Source of the DNA: a bacterium
GTDB taxonomy: Bacteria; Bacillota; Clostridia; Oscillospirales; CAG-272
DNA length: 64,000 nucleotides
Assembly (NCBI GenBank): GCA_963627065.1
Contig: CAVGAA010000001.1
Location: 152,909 to 216,908, forward strand
Direction: 5' to 3'
The notes under the pieces are model-generated. The model saw only the letters and a list, made by a program, of their open reading frames with translations. It did no database searches and had not been told where the DNA came from. The translations under genes were made by a program, and so were the position numbers. Shown in pieces: positions 16,174 to 27,322 of the stretch. Within the stretch, counting starts at the first letter, position 1. The number at the start of each line of letters is the position of its first letter.

Positions 16174-16383
16174 ATGAAAGACGGAATCCATCCTAAGTAT
16201 GAGAAATGCACCATTCGTTGTGCGTGCGGAGAGGTTGTTGAAACCAGATCCACAAAAGGCGGAGACATCAGAGTCGATATTTGCTCGAAATGCCATCCTT
16301 TCTTCACCGGAAAACAAAAATTCGTTGATGCCGGCGGACGTGTGGACAAGTTTAAGAAGAGAATCGCTTCCTTCCAGAAGTAA
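16174..16383 (+). CDS. rpmE: 50S ribosomal protein L31 (Zn-ribbon, type A)
   Basis: MKDGIHPKY...CACGE...[10 protein letters not shown] is the classic L31 sequence with both CxxC pairs. Confidence 0.95.
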   Translation: MKDGIHPKYEKCTIRCACGEVVETRSTKGGDIRVDICSKCHPFFTGKQKFVDAGGRVDKFKKRIASFQK

Positions 16384-16389
16384 TTCAGC

Positions 16390-16420
16390 GGGCAAGCCTC
16401 GAACGGCTTGCCCTTTCTCT
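16390..16420 (+). terminator. hairpin plus T/C-rich tract after rpmE (terminator or attenuator)
   Basis: Stem gggcaagcc / ggcttgccc followed by tttctctctc. Confidence 0.5.
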
Positions 16421-16437
16421 CTCAAAGGAGGTTTTTC

Positions 16438-17727
16438 ATGCCCGAACAAATTGTAATAGAACGTGCGATTTTGGTCGGTCTGTGTCTGGCGGACGGAAAT
16501 CCGGATGAAACGGAAATAAGTCTTGCCGAGTTGGAACGTCTGCTCGAAACCGCAGGCGGAACGTGTTTTGCCAAAATCGTGCAAAGCAAAGATCATCCCG
16601 ATGCACGCACTTGTATCGGTAGCGGAAAAGTTGCCGAAATTCGTGCATTGTGCATCGCATACGATATTGAACTGGTCGTGTTCGATTGCGAACTGTCGCC
16701 GGTACAGATTAAAAATCTTGAAGACGGTTTCGGCGAAAATGTTCGTGTCATCGATCGTTCTATGCTGATTCTCGATATTTTTGCTCTGCACGCCGTGTCG
16801 GGTGAGGGTAAATTGCAGGTCGAATTGGCACAATTGAAATACACCGCACCAAGACTTGTCGGACACGGAAACGATCTGTCAAGGCTTGGAGGCGGAATCG
16901 GCACGAGAGGTCCCGGGGAATCGAAACTCGAATCGGACAGACGGCACATGAAACGCCGAATTTCCGCACTCGAAGCCGAACTCGATGCTCTCGAACGGAG
17001 TCGCAAAACCATTCGTGCTTCCCGTGATAGGAGCGGTCTTGCGAAGGTTGCTATTGTCGGATATACGAACGCAGGAAAATCAACGCTTCTCAACCGCTTG
17101 ACCGATGCCGGAATTTTGGCGGAAGACAAACTTTTCGCAACGCTCGATCCGACAACGAGAAAACTCGAATTACCGGACGGAACAGATGTTCTCCTGACCG
17201 ATACGGTCGGTTTTATCCGAAAATTACCGCACCAATTGGTACACGCTTTCCGTTCGACTCTCGATGAGGCGGTTTCCTCCGATGTACTGGCAATTGTAGT
17301 CGATGCATCCGATCCGGAATATCGCTCGCAGATTGAAACAACCGAAAATCTGCTCTCGGAACTCGGTGCAGCCGGAAAGCCGACACTCTATATTTTCAAT
17401 AAATGCGACAAAGGCACGTCCGAATCGTTTTCGAATATAGGCGTCTTTGCGGGAAATCGCCATGTGGTCGGTATCTCCGCCGTGACCGGTCAGGGGATTG
17501 AATTGATGTTGCAAGAATTGCAAACCTTGATTCATGACGGCAAAAAGACTGTTACTTTCAAAATTCCGAATGCCGATGCTGGCGTTTTAAGTCGGCTTTA
17601 TGCGACCGCCGTCGTGGAAAACGTTGAATACGGAAACGATTTTATCACCGTTACGGCGACAGTTGATGCCAAAACGCACGGAATGTACCGCAAGTACGAT
17701 CCGAATTGGGTGTCCGCCGATGAATGA
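16438..17727 (+). CDS. hflX: GTPase HflX
   Basis: HflX N-domain, then the G-domain GYTNAGKSTLLN, DTVGF, NKCD. Start at 16438 with an AGGAGG RBS. Confidence 0.9.
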   Translation: MPEQIVIERAILVGLCLADGNPDETEISLAELERLLETAGGTCFAKIVQSKDHPDARTCIGSGKVAEIRALCIAYDIELVVFDCELSPVQIKNLEDGFGENVRVIDRSMLILDIFALHAVSGEGKLQVELAQLKYTAPRLVGHGNDLSRLGGGIGTRGPGESKLESDRRHMKRRISALEAELDALERSRKTIRASRDRSGLAKVAIVGYTNAGKSTLLNRLTDAGILAEDKLFATLDPTTRKLELPDGTDVLLTDTVGFIRKLPHQLVHAFRSTLDEAVSSDVLAIVVDASDPEYRSQIETTENLLSELGAAGKPTLYIFNKCDKGTSESFSNIGVFAGNRHVVGISAVTGQGIELMLQELQTLIHDGKKTVTFKIPNADAGVLSRLYATAVVENVEYGNDFITVTATVDAKTHGMYRKYDPNWVSADE

Positions 17728-18343
17728 CGAACTGATTACACTCGGACACGAGGCTGAGGGACGTTTCGAGGAGAAAAAATCAATATTTATTGCCCATGCC
17801 TGCCCTGTGTCGAGCGAGGATGAGGCACAAACTTATATCAAAAAAATTAAATCAAAATATGCCGATGCACGCCATAATGTTTGGGGCTATCGTATGGCGG
17901 GCGACATTGCTGTCCGTTGCTCCGATGACGGCGAACCGCAGGGGAGTGCCGGCATACCGACTTTGGATGTTCTCCGCAAATGCGGTGTATTTAATGCCGT
18001 AATCGTTACCACACGGTATTTTGGCGGAATTCTTTTGGGTGCGGGCGGTTTGGTGCGTGCTTACTCCGCTGTGGCAAAATCGGCGGTCGATTCCGCAGGG
18101 ATTGTGACATATCGCAAGTACGACGAATTCGAACTGGTCTGCTCTTACGGCAACTATCAACGGTATCTGTCGGAACTCCCGAAATTCGATGCCGTTACGG
18201 ACGGTACGGACTTTTCGGACACGGTCAGAATTCGGTTTGCATTGCCCCGACAATTGTCCGAAGCCTTTCAAAAGAGGGTTGTAGAGATCAGCAACGGAGC
18301 GGATTTTCCGAAAATTATCGGACAGCGATTCGATAAACCGTAA
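17720..18343 (+). CDS. yigZ: YigZ/IMPACT-family protein (UPF0029)
   Basis: KKSIFIAHACPV...ARHNVWGYR...DDGEPQGSAG...TRYFGGILLGAGGLVRAY fits the family pattern. It overlaps the hflX stop by 8 nt. Confidence 0.8.
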   Translation: MNDELITLGHEAEGRFEEKKSIFIAHACPVSSEDEAQTYIKKIKSKYADARHNVWGYRMAGDIAVRCSDDGEPQGSAGIPTLDVLRKCGVFNAVIVTTRYFGGILLGAGGLVRAYSAVAKSAVDSAGIVTYRKYDEFELVCSYGNYQRYLSELPKFDAVTDGTDFSDTVRIRFALPRQLSEAFQKRVVEISNGADFPKIIGQRFDKP

Positions 18344-18407
18344 TTTTTTTCGGATAAAAAAGTAAATCGGCAGTTTTTTTGCGTATATTAGAGTGGAGGG
18401 ATGAACA

Positions 18408-19412
18408 ATGGAAAATTTGTGTCGGCTCTTTTTGGAGCGTGAAAAGCAAACTTTATCTCCTTACGCATTTCTGACCGAAAACACACGGGGACGGGATCAT
18501 CCGTATACGCCGTGCGAGATGCGGACCGAATTTCAGCGTGACCGTGACCGCATCATTCATTGCCAGTCATTCAGACGGTTGATGAACAAAACGCAGGTGT
18601 TTTTAGCACCTCAGGGTGACCACTACCGCACAAGATTGACACATACGCTCGAAGTTACGCAGATTGCACGCATTATCGCAAGGGGCTTACGCCTCAACGA
18701 AGACTTGACCGAGGCGGCGGCATTGGGGCATGACTTAGGGCATACGCCGTTCGGGCATACCGGTGAAGAGGAAATGCAAAGACTTTGGTCGCCGGATTTC
18801 ACTCACTACCGCCAAAGCGTTCGGGTGGTCGAAAAACTCGAAAATGACGGTCAGGGTTTGAATCTTACATGGGAAGTCCGTGACGGCATTCTCAACCATA
18901 CGGGTAAATGCATGGCATCGACTTTGGAAGGCGTGATCGTTAAATTTGCCGACCGCATTGCCTATATCAACCATGACATCGACGATGCCATTCGTGCAGG
19001 CATTCTCTGTCAGGAAGACATTCCGAAAGAACTGCGAAAAACGCTCGGCGAAACGCACGGCAAGCGAATCGATACAATGGTCAAATCGGTTATCGATTCC
19101 AGTACCGACAAGCCGGAAATTTCTATGGCAAGCGACATTCGGGAAGCGACGGACGAATTGCGAAAATTTCTTTTTGCAACCGTTTATACCAATTCGGAAG
19201 CCAAGCGGGAAGACGGAAAATCGAAAGCCGTGATTGCGGCACTTTTCGAATATTTTTCCGAACATCCGGAAAAAATGCCGGATCTTTACTACCGCAATAC
19301 TGCAACCGAACCGATCGGGCGTTGTGTCTGTGATTTTATTGCCGGCATGACCGACCGATACGCAATCGAAACATATAAAGATTTGTTTATTCCGAAAGTC
19401 TGGAAAGGCTGA
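18408..19412 (+). CDS. dgt: dGTPase-like HD-domain triphosphohydrolase
   Basis: FQRDRDRIIH, RTRLTHTLEV and HDLGHTPFGH motifs. Typical position upstream of dnaG-rpoD. Confidence 0.85.
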   Translation: MENLCRLFLEREKQTLSPYAFLTENTRGRDHPYTPCEMRTEFQRDRDRIIHCQSFRRLMNKTQVFLAPQGDHYRTRLTHTLEVTQIARIIARGLRLNEDLTEAAALGHDLGHTPFGHTGEEEMQRLWSPDFTHYRQSVRVVEKLENDGQGLNLTWEVRDGILNHTGKCMASTLEGVIVKFADRIAYINHDIDDAIRAGILCQEDIPKELRKTLGETHGKRIDTMVKSVIDSSTDKPEISMASDIREATDELRKFLFATVYTNSEAKREDGKSKAVIAALFEYFSEHPEKMPDLYYRNTATEPIGRCVCDFIAGMTDRYAIETYKDLFIPKVWKG

Positions 19413-19436
19413 AAAACATACCGGAAAGGGGAGTGA

Positions 19437-21236
19437 ATGCCGATGCGATTGCCGGAGAATTTCATACAGGAAGTTGTCGACCGGACCGACATCGAAGAGT
19501 TAATCGGCAGATACGTCACTCTCAAACGCTCCGGTTCGAACAATCTTTTGGGACTCTGTCCCTTTCATAGTGAAAAAACGCCGTCCTTTTCCGTGACACC
19601 GTCCAAAAAAATGTTCTACTGTTTCGGTTGTCATGCAGGCGGTGATCCCATTACATTCGTGCGGCTGGCGGAAAATCTTACCTATCTTGATGCGGTTGAA
19701 TTTCTTGCCAACCGTGCGGGACTTCGGATGCCGAGGGGCATTGACGGCGAAAAAGAAGAACGGGGAGTCACCCGCAAACGGGTTCTCGAAATGAATCTTG
19801 AAGCCGCAAAATTTTTCCGCACTTGCCTGTTCGATAAAGATTTAGGCGTCAAGGGAATGGAATATTTCAAAGGGCAAAGACACCTGACCGATGCGACAAT
19901 CAAGCATTTCGGTTTGGGTTATGCACCGGCGGATTTCGGACTACTCACCAATCACATGCACAAACTCGGTTTTACAGATGAGGAATTACAGATAGGGTTT
20001 CTCTCGGGGAAAAGTCAGAAGACCGGAAAATCTTACGATTATTTCCGCGGGCGTGTGATGTTCCCGATTATCGATACGGTCGGCAACATCGTTGCGTTCG
20101 GTGGTCGGGTACTTGATGATTCCAAACCGAAATATCTGAACACATCCGATACACCGGCATTCCGAAAAAGCAATCATTTATTTGCTCTGAATTTTGCAAA
20201 AAACTGCTGTTCCGAACGGATGATTCTCTGCGAGGGGTATATGGACGTTATCGCACTCCATTCGGCAGGTTTTGAATTTGCGGTTGCAACGCTCGGAACG
20301 GCAATCACGCCGAATCACGCACGAATTTTTTCGAAATATACGAAGCAGGTGATTATTACTTACGATTCGGACGAAGCCGGACAAAATGCCGCAAACAAAG
20401 CCATGCGGATTTTGGGCGAGGTCGGTATGGAGGTTCGGATTCTGAAACTCGAAGGGGCGAAAGATCCGGACGAGTTCATTCAAAAGTACGGGGCGGATCG
20501 TTTCCGTAAGGCACTTGACGGCAGTCGCACGGGGTTTGATTACAAATCCGACAATATTTTCGCAAAATACGATATGCAGGTAAGTTCCGATCGCATTCGG
20601 GCGTCCGGCGAACTTTGCGACCTCATCGCAACCTACCAGTCACCGGTCGAACGTGCCGTTTATGTCGACCAGATTTCCAAGCGGTTGAATTTAGCACCGG
20701 AAATTTTGCGGAACACGGTCGAAAAATCGCGAAACAAGCAACTGGCAAAACTCCGTGATATGCGTGGGCAGGAAGCACAGAACAGTGTAAAAAACTTCGG
20801 TGACCGTGTCAATCCGGATTCCGTCAAAGATCCGAAGGTCACCGCTGTCGAAGAAAGTGTGTTAGGCTTACTGCTCATTTTCTCGGAATATCGTGAAGAG
20901 GTCACCTCGGGGCGTGAACAACTCACGGCGGACGATTTTACGACCGAGTTCAACAGACGGGTGTTTGAAACCGTTATGCAACTGCACAAGCAGGAAAGCG
21001 GTTTTCATTTTGAACTTTTGGGCGAAACTTTTACCCCAGCGGAAATCGGCAGAATTCGGGGAATGGAAGTCGCAAGGCAGGAACTGACCGAAAACGGACC
21101 GCAATCGTTTCGGATGGCGGTTGCAAATCTGCGGAAACTGAAAGCCGAAAAAAATCTGAAAGAAAACGGTAATCTCACCGATTACCTCCAAATGAAGCGT
21201 AAGAAACTGCAAAAAGGAAAGGAAGACGCGATATGA
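19437..21236 (+). CDS. dnaG: DNA primase
   Basis: Zinc finger [11 protein letters not shown]...[15 protein letters not shown] motifs EGYMDV and DSDEAG. The ATG at 19443 is an alternative start with better RBS spacing. Confidence 0.9.
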   Translation: MPMRLPENFIQEVVDRTDIEELIGRYVTLKRSGSNNLLGLCPFHSEKTPSFSVTPSKKMFYCFGCHAGGDPITFVRLAENLTYLDAVEFLANRAGLRMPRGIDGEKEERGVTRKRVLEMNLEAAKFFRTCLFDKDLGVKGMEYFKGQRHLTDATIKHFGLGYAPADFGLLTNHMHKLGFTDEELQIGFLSGKSQKTGKSYDYFRGRVMFPIIDTVGNIVAFGGRVLDDSKPKYLNTSDTPAFRKSNHLFALNFAKNCCSERMILCEGYMDVIALHSAGFEFAVATLGTAITPNHARIFSKYTKQVIITYDSDEAGQNAANKAMRILGEVGMEVRILKLEGAKDPDEFIQKYGADRFRKALDGSRTGFDYKSDNIFAKYDMQVSSDRIRASGELCDLIATYQSPVERAVYVDQISKRLNLAPEILRNTVEKSRNKQLAKLRDMRGQEAQNSVKNFGDRVNPDSVKDPKVTAVEESVLGLLLIFSEYREEVTSGREQLTADDFTTEFNRRVFETVMQLHKQESGFHFELLGETFTPAEIGRIRGMEVARQELTENGPQSFRMAVANLRKLKAEKNLKENGNLTDYLQMKRKKLQKGKEDAI

Positions 21237-22378
21237 AAAAAAATACCGAAGAATTGAAAAATGCAGGTATGGCGGACGAAACTTACGGCGAGGAAAAGTC
21301 CTCCGGTACAGTCGGAGCTTTGGTTGAGAAAGGCAAAAAGGGAAAACTTTCGCAACGGGATCTTGACGATGCGATGGAAGAAATGGACTTCGACGTTGAC
21401 CAGATCGACAAAATGTATGACGAATTGGAAGACAACGGGATCGACTTTGACGAGAATCTCTCTGCCGACGAAATGAACGCAATCGAGAGCGAAGTTGCAC
21501 AGTTCAGCGAACCGGATGCCATGGTCACGAGCCTTGAACAGGACGGTGTCAGCGTTGACGATCCCGTGCGACTTTACCTCAAAGAAATCGGCAAAGTACC
21601 GCTTCTCACGAATGAGCGTGAAAAGGAATTGGCGGAGCGGATGATGGCAGGTGACCAGAGTGCCAAAACCGAATTGGTCGAGGCAAACCTGCGTCTGGTC
21701 GTATCTATTGCAAAACGTTATGTCGGGCGTGGGATGTATTTCCTCGATCTGATTCAGGAAGGCAACCTCGGTTTGATGAAAGCGGTCGAAAAATTTGACT
21801 ATACCAAAGGGTACAAATTCTCGACCTACGCAACATGGTGGATTCGTCAGGCAATCACGAGAGCCATTGCGGATCAGGCAAGAACCATTCGTATTCCGGT
21901 CCACATGGTCGAAACGATTCACAAAGTTTCGAGATATTCCAGACAGATGTTGCAGGAACTCGGTCGGGAAGCAACTGCCGAAGAAATCGGCGAAAAAATG
22001 GATATGAGTGCCGACAAAGTGCGTGAAATCATGAAGATTGCTCAGGATCCCGTATCCCTCGAAACACCGATCGGCGAAGAGGAAGACAGTCACCTCGGCG
22101 ATTTCATTCCAGATGACGATACGCCGTCGCCTGCAGATGCAACATCGAGCAACATTCTGCGTGAAGAACTCGAAAAGCAACTCCACACGCTCACGCCCCG
22201 TGAAGAACACGTTATCAAACTGCGGTTCGGACTTTATGACGGCAGAACGAGAACTCTCGAAGAGGTCGGCAAAGAGTTTGACATTACGAGAGAAAGAATC
22301 CGTCAGATCGAGGCAAAAGCACTGCGGAAATTGCGTCATCCGAGCCGTGCTAAGCACCTGCGTGGCTTTGTCGAATAA
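21233..22378 (+). CDS. rpoD: primary RNA polymerase sigma factor (sigma-70/SigA)
   Basis: Region 2 ([35 protein letters not shown]) and region 4 ([20 protein letters not shown]). ATGA overlap with dnaG. Confidence 0.95.
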   Translation: MKKNTEELKNAGMADETYGEEKSSGTVGALVEKGKKGKLSQRDLDDAMEEMDFDVDQIDKMYDELEDNGIDFDENLSADEMNAIESEVAQFSEPDAMVTSLEQDGVSVDDPVRLYLKEIGKVPLLTNEREKELAERMMAGDQSAKTELVEANLRLVVSIAKRYVGRGMYFLDLIQEGNLGLMKAVEKFDYTKGYKFSTYATWWIRQAITRAIADQARTIRIPVHMVETIHKVSRYSRQMLQELGREATAEEIGEKMDMSADKVREIMKIAQDPVSLETPIGEEEDSHLGDFIPDDDTPSPADATSSNILREELEKQLHTLTPREEHVIKLRFGLYDGRTRTLEEVGKEFDITRERIRQIEAKALRKLRHPSRAKHLRGFVE

Positions 22379-22444
22379 TTTTTGTTTGAACTGTCAAAAA
22401 TCAGATTGCATTTTTTGCTATGTTGCACAAGAAAAACGGCATAT

Positions 22445-22474
22445 TGCACAAAAATAGACAAGTATTTTTGTGCA
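22445..22474. promoter_or_regulatory. perfect 12-bp inverted repeat (tgcacaaaaata, 6 nt spacer, tatttttgtgca)
   Basis: Read directly. The arms carry the TTGCACAA-type motif. No T-run follows, so it looks more like an operator than a terminator. Confidence 0.6.
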
Positions 22475-22555
22475 GAATCACAACAAATCGGACGCTTTTT
22501 GAGTCAATTCGGCAATGCAAACACGATTCAAACTTTTTGGACACAAAAAATTCAC

Positions 22556-22584
22556 TTGACATTATTTGTTTTTTGGTGTAAAAT
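22556..22584 (+). promoter_or_regulatory. sigma-A type promoter (large solute-binding lipoprotein)
   Basis: TTGACA, 17 nt spacer, TAAAAT. Confidence 0.55.
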
Positions 22585-22647
22585 ATATAAGATAAAATAG
22601 CGGTTTTCTGTCTTCTGACGGAAAACAGAGGTAATCAGGAGGAAAAT

Positions 22648-25440
22648 ATGAAAAACAGACTGATTTGTCTTGCACTTTGCTTGGTGATGCTTGCATCGGT
22701 GGTTCTCACCGGTTGTTCGAGTAAAACCAGCGAAGAGGTCCAATCGGAAATCAACGAAACGCAGTCCGAGAGTGCAAGATCCTTGACCATGTGGTTGGTA
22801 TCGGAAAAGGAAATCGATGCCGAAACCGCAACACGTGTTACCAATGCGGTAAACGAAATCACCGAATCGAAATTCAAGGTGAGAATGACACTTTACTTTT
22901 TCACCGAATCGGAATATGAAGCGGTCCTCACCGAAAATATTCGGTTAAGAGAAGACAGCAAGAGCATCTTCACGACAGGGACAAACACAGAGGTTGAAAC
23001 CGAGGCGACAACCGATGAAACCGCAACAATTCTCGAAGAAACCGAAACGGATAAATTCGGTCGTGTCACGGTCAAATATCCGGATCTCAAGCCGAATCAG
23101 GTCGACATCGTCTACATTCAGGGCGAAGAGATGTTCAAGCAGTATGTTTCGAACGGCTGGCTCAAACAGTTGGACGAAGAATTGAGTGCATCTTCCAAGA
23201 AAATCAAGGAATTTGTTTCGCAAACGCTTCTGACTGCCGCCAAAATCAACGGCGGAACATACGCAATTCCGAACAACAGCACAATCGGCGAATATACCTT
23301 TATGTTGATTGACAAGGAAATCGCCTCCAAATTCGGTACGGACGGTGCTTATGAAAGAGGCGATATTGACGGTTTCTTCAACGAGTATATTTACAGTTAC
23401 CTCGATAACGTCCGTGCTTTGAACGATAGCAGTATCGTACCGGTTGACGGCACTTATGACGAACTGTTGAGCCTGCTCGCTCACTACTGGTCAATTGATC
23501 CCGATACCTATGAGACTGACAACTCCCGTTTCTCGGTTCTCGGCTACCGTTATACCAATCCGAGTACGCTTTCGAGAGGCACAACGATTCTCTCTTTCGA
23601 TAGTCTTTTGGGTGATTCGACTTTCTGCAAGAACTACTACGAGTTGAACCGCATGAAGATGCTGGGCAATTACTACGGCGAAGCAACCGAAGGGAAGACT
23701 CCTGCCGTGAAATTTGCAACCGGTGATCTCTCCGATTACAATGCATATCTCGCAGAAGACAGCGAATATCTGCCGGTTATCGTCAAATATCCGTCCGTCG
23801 ACGTCGATGACGTTTACGAAAATATGTTCGGCGTCTGTGCCTATGCGGAAGACCTCAGTGCCTGCATGGAAATTTTGACCTACCTCACTACCAATACCGA
23901 TTTCCGCAACCTCATTCAGTACGGTGTGGAAGGGGAAGATTATAAAGTTGTCAAGGACGATGACGGCAACAGCGTTGTCGAACGTTTGCAGGACAACTAC
24001 CTGATGGATGTCTTCAAGACCGGTAACACCTTTATTGCATACCCCGATCCGTCCAAGGGACTGACCGCAGATGTATGGGAAATCGGTAAACAACAGAATC
24101 GTCAGGCTCTTGTCGAACCGCTCCTCAACTTCGACTTTGCAGAACTTGCAAAAACATCCGGAACAAGTTCTTCTTCAAGCAGAAAAGTCGGATCGACAGG
24201 CTATACTTACACATTTACAACCGGATATTCCCGTGAAGTTTTGGCACAGAATGCTCTGCTCAAAGCGTGGATAGATTCCGCCGATGCAAACGGCAAGGGC
24301 GTTTATGTCCTGCATACCTGCCCGAGCAACAGCGGTCAGAACCTGAGTGCAATGGTTTATTATTACAATAACAACATCAAAGATGCAAAGGTCGATGTTA
24401 CCGACGGTGACGGAGCAGTCAATGTCGCTTATACGGGAACTGCAGGCGACGGTTACGAAATTACAATTATCGATTTCTACGGCAAGAAGAATTCCAGCAA
24501 ATTGAATTGGAATTACACCTTCAACGGAACAACCTCTCCGGCAATTATCAAGTATCAGAATTCGCTTCTCACGTTTGATGCACTCAATACCGAAACTTAC
24601 AACATCACCGTGACATCAGACCTTACGCTCGCAATGATCGCCGAAAATTCCGTTGCCGTCAAGTGGGCAATGAGCAAGTCCGGTTCCAAGGGCTATGTCG
24701 GCACTTATGTTGCAGATAATTCCGAAGGCGGAAAAACTTACACATACATTGTCTATGTGCCGAAAATTACATTGCCTTACAGCCTGAAAACTTTACCGAG
24801 CGGAACGGACAAAGTTCTCAATTTGAATGTCGACTATGTTATCAACGAAACCGGTAAGCTCGGAAGCACTGAATATGCACTCTTCCTCGTGACTGTGCGT
24901 GCCGATGCAGACGTGACCGTTAATTTCAACCTGAATGGTTTGGAAACGGCAGATCCCGAAACCTTTACGGAAGATCCGAAGCTGACCGTTTTCGGAGCAC
25001 TTGACACCGAAATGGTGAAATATTTCGATATGATTTCGACAAAAGTTGCCAACCTTGTCAATGCAGTCGTGACAAAGACCGGTGCAACCGAAAAAGAACT
25101 CAAAGCAGTTATCGATGATTTGAATGTTCTCTTCACCGTGCCGGAAAATGTCGAATTTGTCGATTCCGATTTGCAAACGGAACTTGCATCGAAACTTTCG
25201 ACCGACGATGTCAAAGCGTTTGTTGCCGAATTGAATCTTGCAGACTTCTACTGGTATCTTGTCGGCGGAACAAGCAAAGCCGAAGTCCACCACAAAGAAG
25301 CGGAAGTAGGCGATGAAGGACCGACCGGTAAGTATATTGACAAGACCGAGAACACTTTGACCGGCGAATCTTATTACTACTACCAATCTCCGTACGCAAT
25401 CTACTATGCTTGGCTGAAATCCAACGGCTACGCTAAATAA
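22648..25440 (+). CDS. large lipoprotein: ABC-type extracellular solute-binding domain fused to an uncharacterised roughly 450-aa C-terminal region
   Basis: Lipobox LTG-C. The N-terminal half resembles family-1 sugar SBPs in length and pattern. A poly-Ser linker (SSSSS) is followed by a beta-rich region with no motif I recognise. Confidence 0.7.
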   Translation: MKNRLICLALCLVMLASVVLTGCSSKTSEEVQSEINETQSESARSLTMWLVSEKEIDAETATRVTNAVNEITESKFKVRMTLYFFTESEYEAVLTENIRLREDSKSIFTTGTNTEVETEATTDETATILEETETDKFGRVTVKYPDLKPNQVDIVYIQGEEMFKQYVSNGWLKQLDEELSASSKKIKEFVSQTLLTAAKINGGTYAIPNNSTIGEYTFMLIDKEIASKFGTDGAYERGDIDGFFNEYIYSYLDNVRALNDSSIVPVDGTYDELLSLLAHYWSIDPDTYETDNSRFSVLGYRYTNPSTLSRGTTILSFDSLLGDSTFCKNYYELNRMKMLGNYYGEATEGKTPAVKFATGDLSDYNAYLAEDSEYLPVIVKYPSVDVDDVYENMFGVCAYAEDLSACMEILTYLTTNTDFRNLIQYGVEGEDYKVVKDDDGNSVVERLQDNYLMDVFKTGNTFIAYPDPSKGLTADVWEIGKQQNRQALVEPLLNFDFAELAKTSGTSSSSSRKVGSTGYTYTFTTGYSREVLAQNALLKAWIDSADANGKGVYVLHTCPSNSGQNLSAMVYYYNNNIKDAKVDVTDGDGAVNVAYTGTAGDGYEITIIDFYGKKNSSKLNWNYTFNGTTSPAIIKYQNSLLTFDALNTETYNITVTSDLTLAMIAENSVAVKWAMSKSGSKGYVGTYVADNSEGGKTYTYIVYVPKITLPYSLKTLPSGTDKVLNLNVDYVINETGKLGSTEYALFLVTVRADADVTVNFNLNGLETADPETFTEDPKLTVFGALDTEMVKYFDMISTKVANLVNAVVTKTGATEKELKAVIDDLNVLFTVPENVEFVDSDLQTELASKLSTDDVKAFVAELNLADFYWYLVGGTSKAEVHHKEAEVGDEGPTGKYIDKTENTLTGESYYYYQSPYAIYYAWLKSNGYAK

Positions 25441-25450
25441 GTACGAAATC

Positions 25451-25487
25451 AAACAGCCTCTTGTCCAAATGCAAGGGGCTGTTTGTT
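25451..25487 (+). terminator. rho-independent terminator
   Basis: Stem aaacagcctcttg / caaggggctgttt, then a T-rich tail. Confidence 0.7.
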
Positions 25488-25528
25488 AAGGGTAACTTTA
25501 CATTAAAAAATCATATTAGGAGAAACGA

Positions 25529-27262
25529 ATGGATTATATCGTAACAAATAAAAATGCATCCGGTATTGTCACATTGAATGCAACCGAAATTGAAAAAGAT
25601 ATTTGCGTTTTGGATGTAGACATCCGTTTTGATTGTCCTTGCACACCGCAACCGATTAAAATCTCATGGCAAGAACCCTGCATTGATATGATAGCAGTTT
25701 GGAAAGCCGATTCCTCGTTCAAACGCTTTCTCGGACCGAATTGGGCAAAGCAGAGAAACACCGCAAGGCTTGCATCGGGTGCACCGCTTGCCTCATGGTT
25801 GTCGAATGAATCTAAAAATCGCCTGACCGTCACAATTTCCGATGCCGAAACGCCGACCGAAATTTTCGGCGGTGTGATTGAAGAAAACGGGACGATCGAT
25901 TGCGGAGTCACGTTTTTCACCAAACCGATAAATCCGATTCAAACCTATCACGCTAAAATCTTGCTCGACCGTCGGAATGTTCGATACGAAGATGCACTCA
26001 AAAAAGCCGATGAATTTTGGGTAACCGTCGGCGAGTATCCGTACGCCTATGTTCCGCAGGCATCAAGGGAAGCGGTCTATTCCTGCTGGTATTCCTTCCA
26101 CCAGATGATAGATGTTCCGGCAATCATTGAGCAATGCCGTTTAGCAAAAACGTATGGTATGAAAACCGTTATCGTCGATGACGGTTGGCAGACCGAAGAC
26201 GGTTCACGCGGGTATGCCTACTGCGGTGACTGGAAAGTCGCACCGGCAAAAATCGCCGATATGCATCGGTTTGTCGACGATGTCCATAAACTCGGCATGA
26301 AATTTGTCCTTTGGTATTCCGTGCCGTTTGTCGGAAAGTATGCCGATGCCTATCAAAAATTTCACGATATGACCTTGGGATCGACTGGAGAAGAGTGGGA
26401 AGCACTCGATCCCCGTTACCCCGAAGTGCGTGAATATCTGACGGGACTTTATGTAAATGCCGTCAAAGATTGGGACTTGGACGGCTTCAAACTCGATTTT
26501 ATCGATTCTTTCAACCTGAATGCAAATACCAAATCGCACGATGACCGTTGGGACACGACATCGCTCGAGGAGGGAATCGACAGACTTTTGAAACACATTT
26601 CCGAATCCCTCAAAGCACTGAAACCGGACATTATGATTGAATTCCGTCAGTCCTATTTCGGACCTGCCATTCGCAAATACGGCAATATGATCCGAGTCAG
26701 TGACTGTCCGGACGATCCGATGCACAACCGAGTTTCAAGCGTGGATCTGCGTTATATGCTCGGAAAAGTACCGGTACATTCGGATATGCTTATGTGGCGG
26801 AACGATGACACGCCCGAGGCGGTCGCATACCAAATGATTACGACCTTACTTTGCGTTCCGCAGATTTCGGTTATGCTCGATAAGATTCCGCAAATGCATA
26901 AAAAAGTCCTGAGATTTTACTTGGATTTCTGGCAGGCACACCGTGAAACACTCCTTGACGGTGTATTGCGTGCCGATCATCCGGAATCACTTTACAGCCA
27001 AGTCCGTGTGGAAAATGACGGCGAATTGATTGCAATTGCCTATACAAATCCGATTTTGCGATCCGACTTCGCAAAACCTACCACATTCATCAATGCGAAC
27101 GGTGCCGACGAATTGTATCTGCAAAACTGTGGAAAGACACACACTCGCACCATAACAATTTATGATTGCATGGGAAATATCGTTTCGAAGAATGACAATG
27201 AACTTCATACCGGTGTACACGCATTCAAAGTTCCGAACGGCGGAATGCTCGTAGCGGAATGA
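25529..27262 (+). CDS. GH36-like alpha-galactosidase / alpha-N-acetylgalactosaminidase family protein
   Basis: VIVDDGWQ and DGFKLDFID motifs typical of clan GH-D (GH36/27) enzymes. No signal peptide. Confidence 0.7.
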   Translation: MDYIVTNKNASGIVTLNATEIEKDICVLDVDIRFDCPCTPQPIKISWQEPCIDMIAVWKADSSFKRFLGPNWAKQRNTARLASGAPLASWLSNESKNRLTVTISDAETPTEIFGGVIEENGTIDCGVTFFTKPINPIQTYHAKILLDRRNVRYEDALKKADEFWVTVGEYPYAYVPQASREAVYSCWYSFHQMIDVPAIIEQCRLAKTYGMKTVIVDDGWQTEDGSRGYAYCGDWKVAPAKIADMHRFVDDVHKLGMKFVLWYSVPFVGKYADAYQKFHDMTLGSTGEEWEALDPRYPEVREYLTGLYVNAVKDWDLDGFKLDFIDSFNLNANTKSHDDRWDTTSLEEGIDRLLKHISESLKALKPDIMIEFRQSYFGPAIRKYGNMIRVSDCPDDPMHNRVSSVDLRYMLGKVPVHSDMLMWRNDDTPEAVAYQMITTLLCVPQISVMLDKIPQMHKKVLRFYLDFWQAHRETLLDGVLRADHPESLYSQVRVENDGELIAIAYTNPILRSDFAKPTTFINANGADELYLQNCGKTHTRTITIYDCMGNIVSKNDNELHTGVHAFKVPNGGMLVAE

Positions 27263-27271
27263 TACTGTTTC

Positions 27272-27322
27272 TTATCGCCTCTGAAATTTCGGCGAAATTT
27301 CGGAGGCGATAATTTCTTTTTT
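27272..27322 (+). terminator. rho-independent terminator
   Basis: Stem ttatcgcctc / gaggcgataa, then tttcttttttc. Confidence 0.7.
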
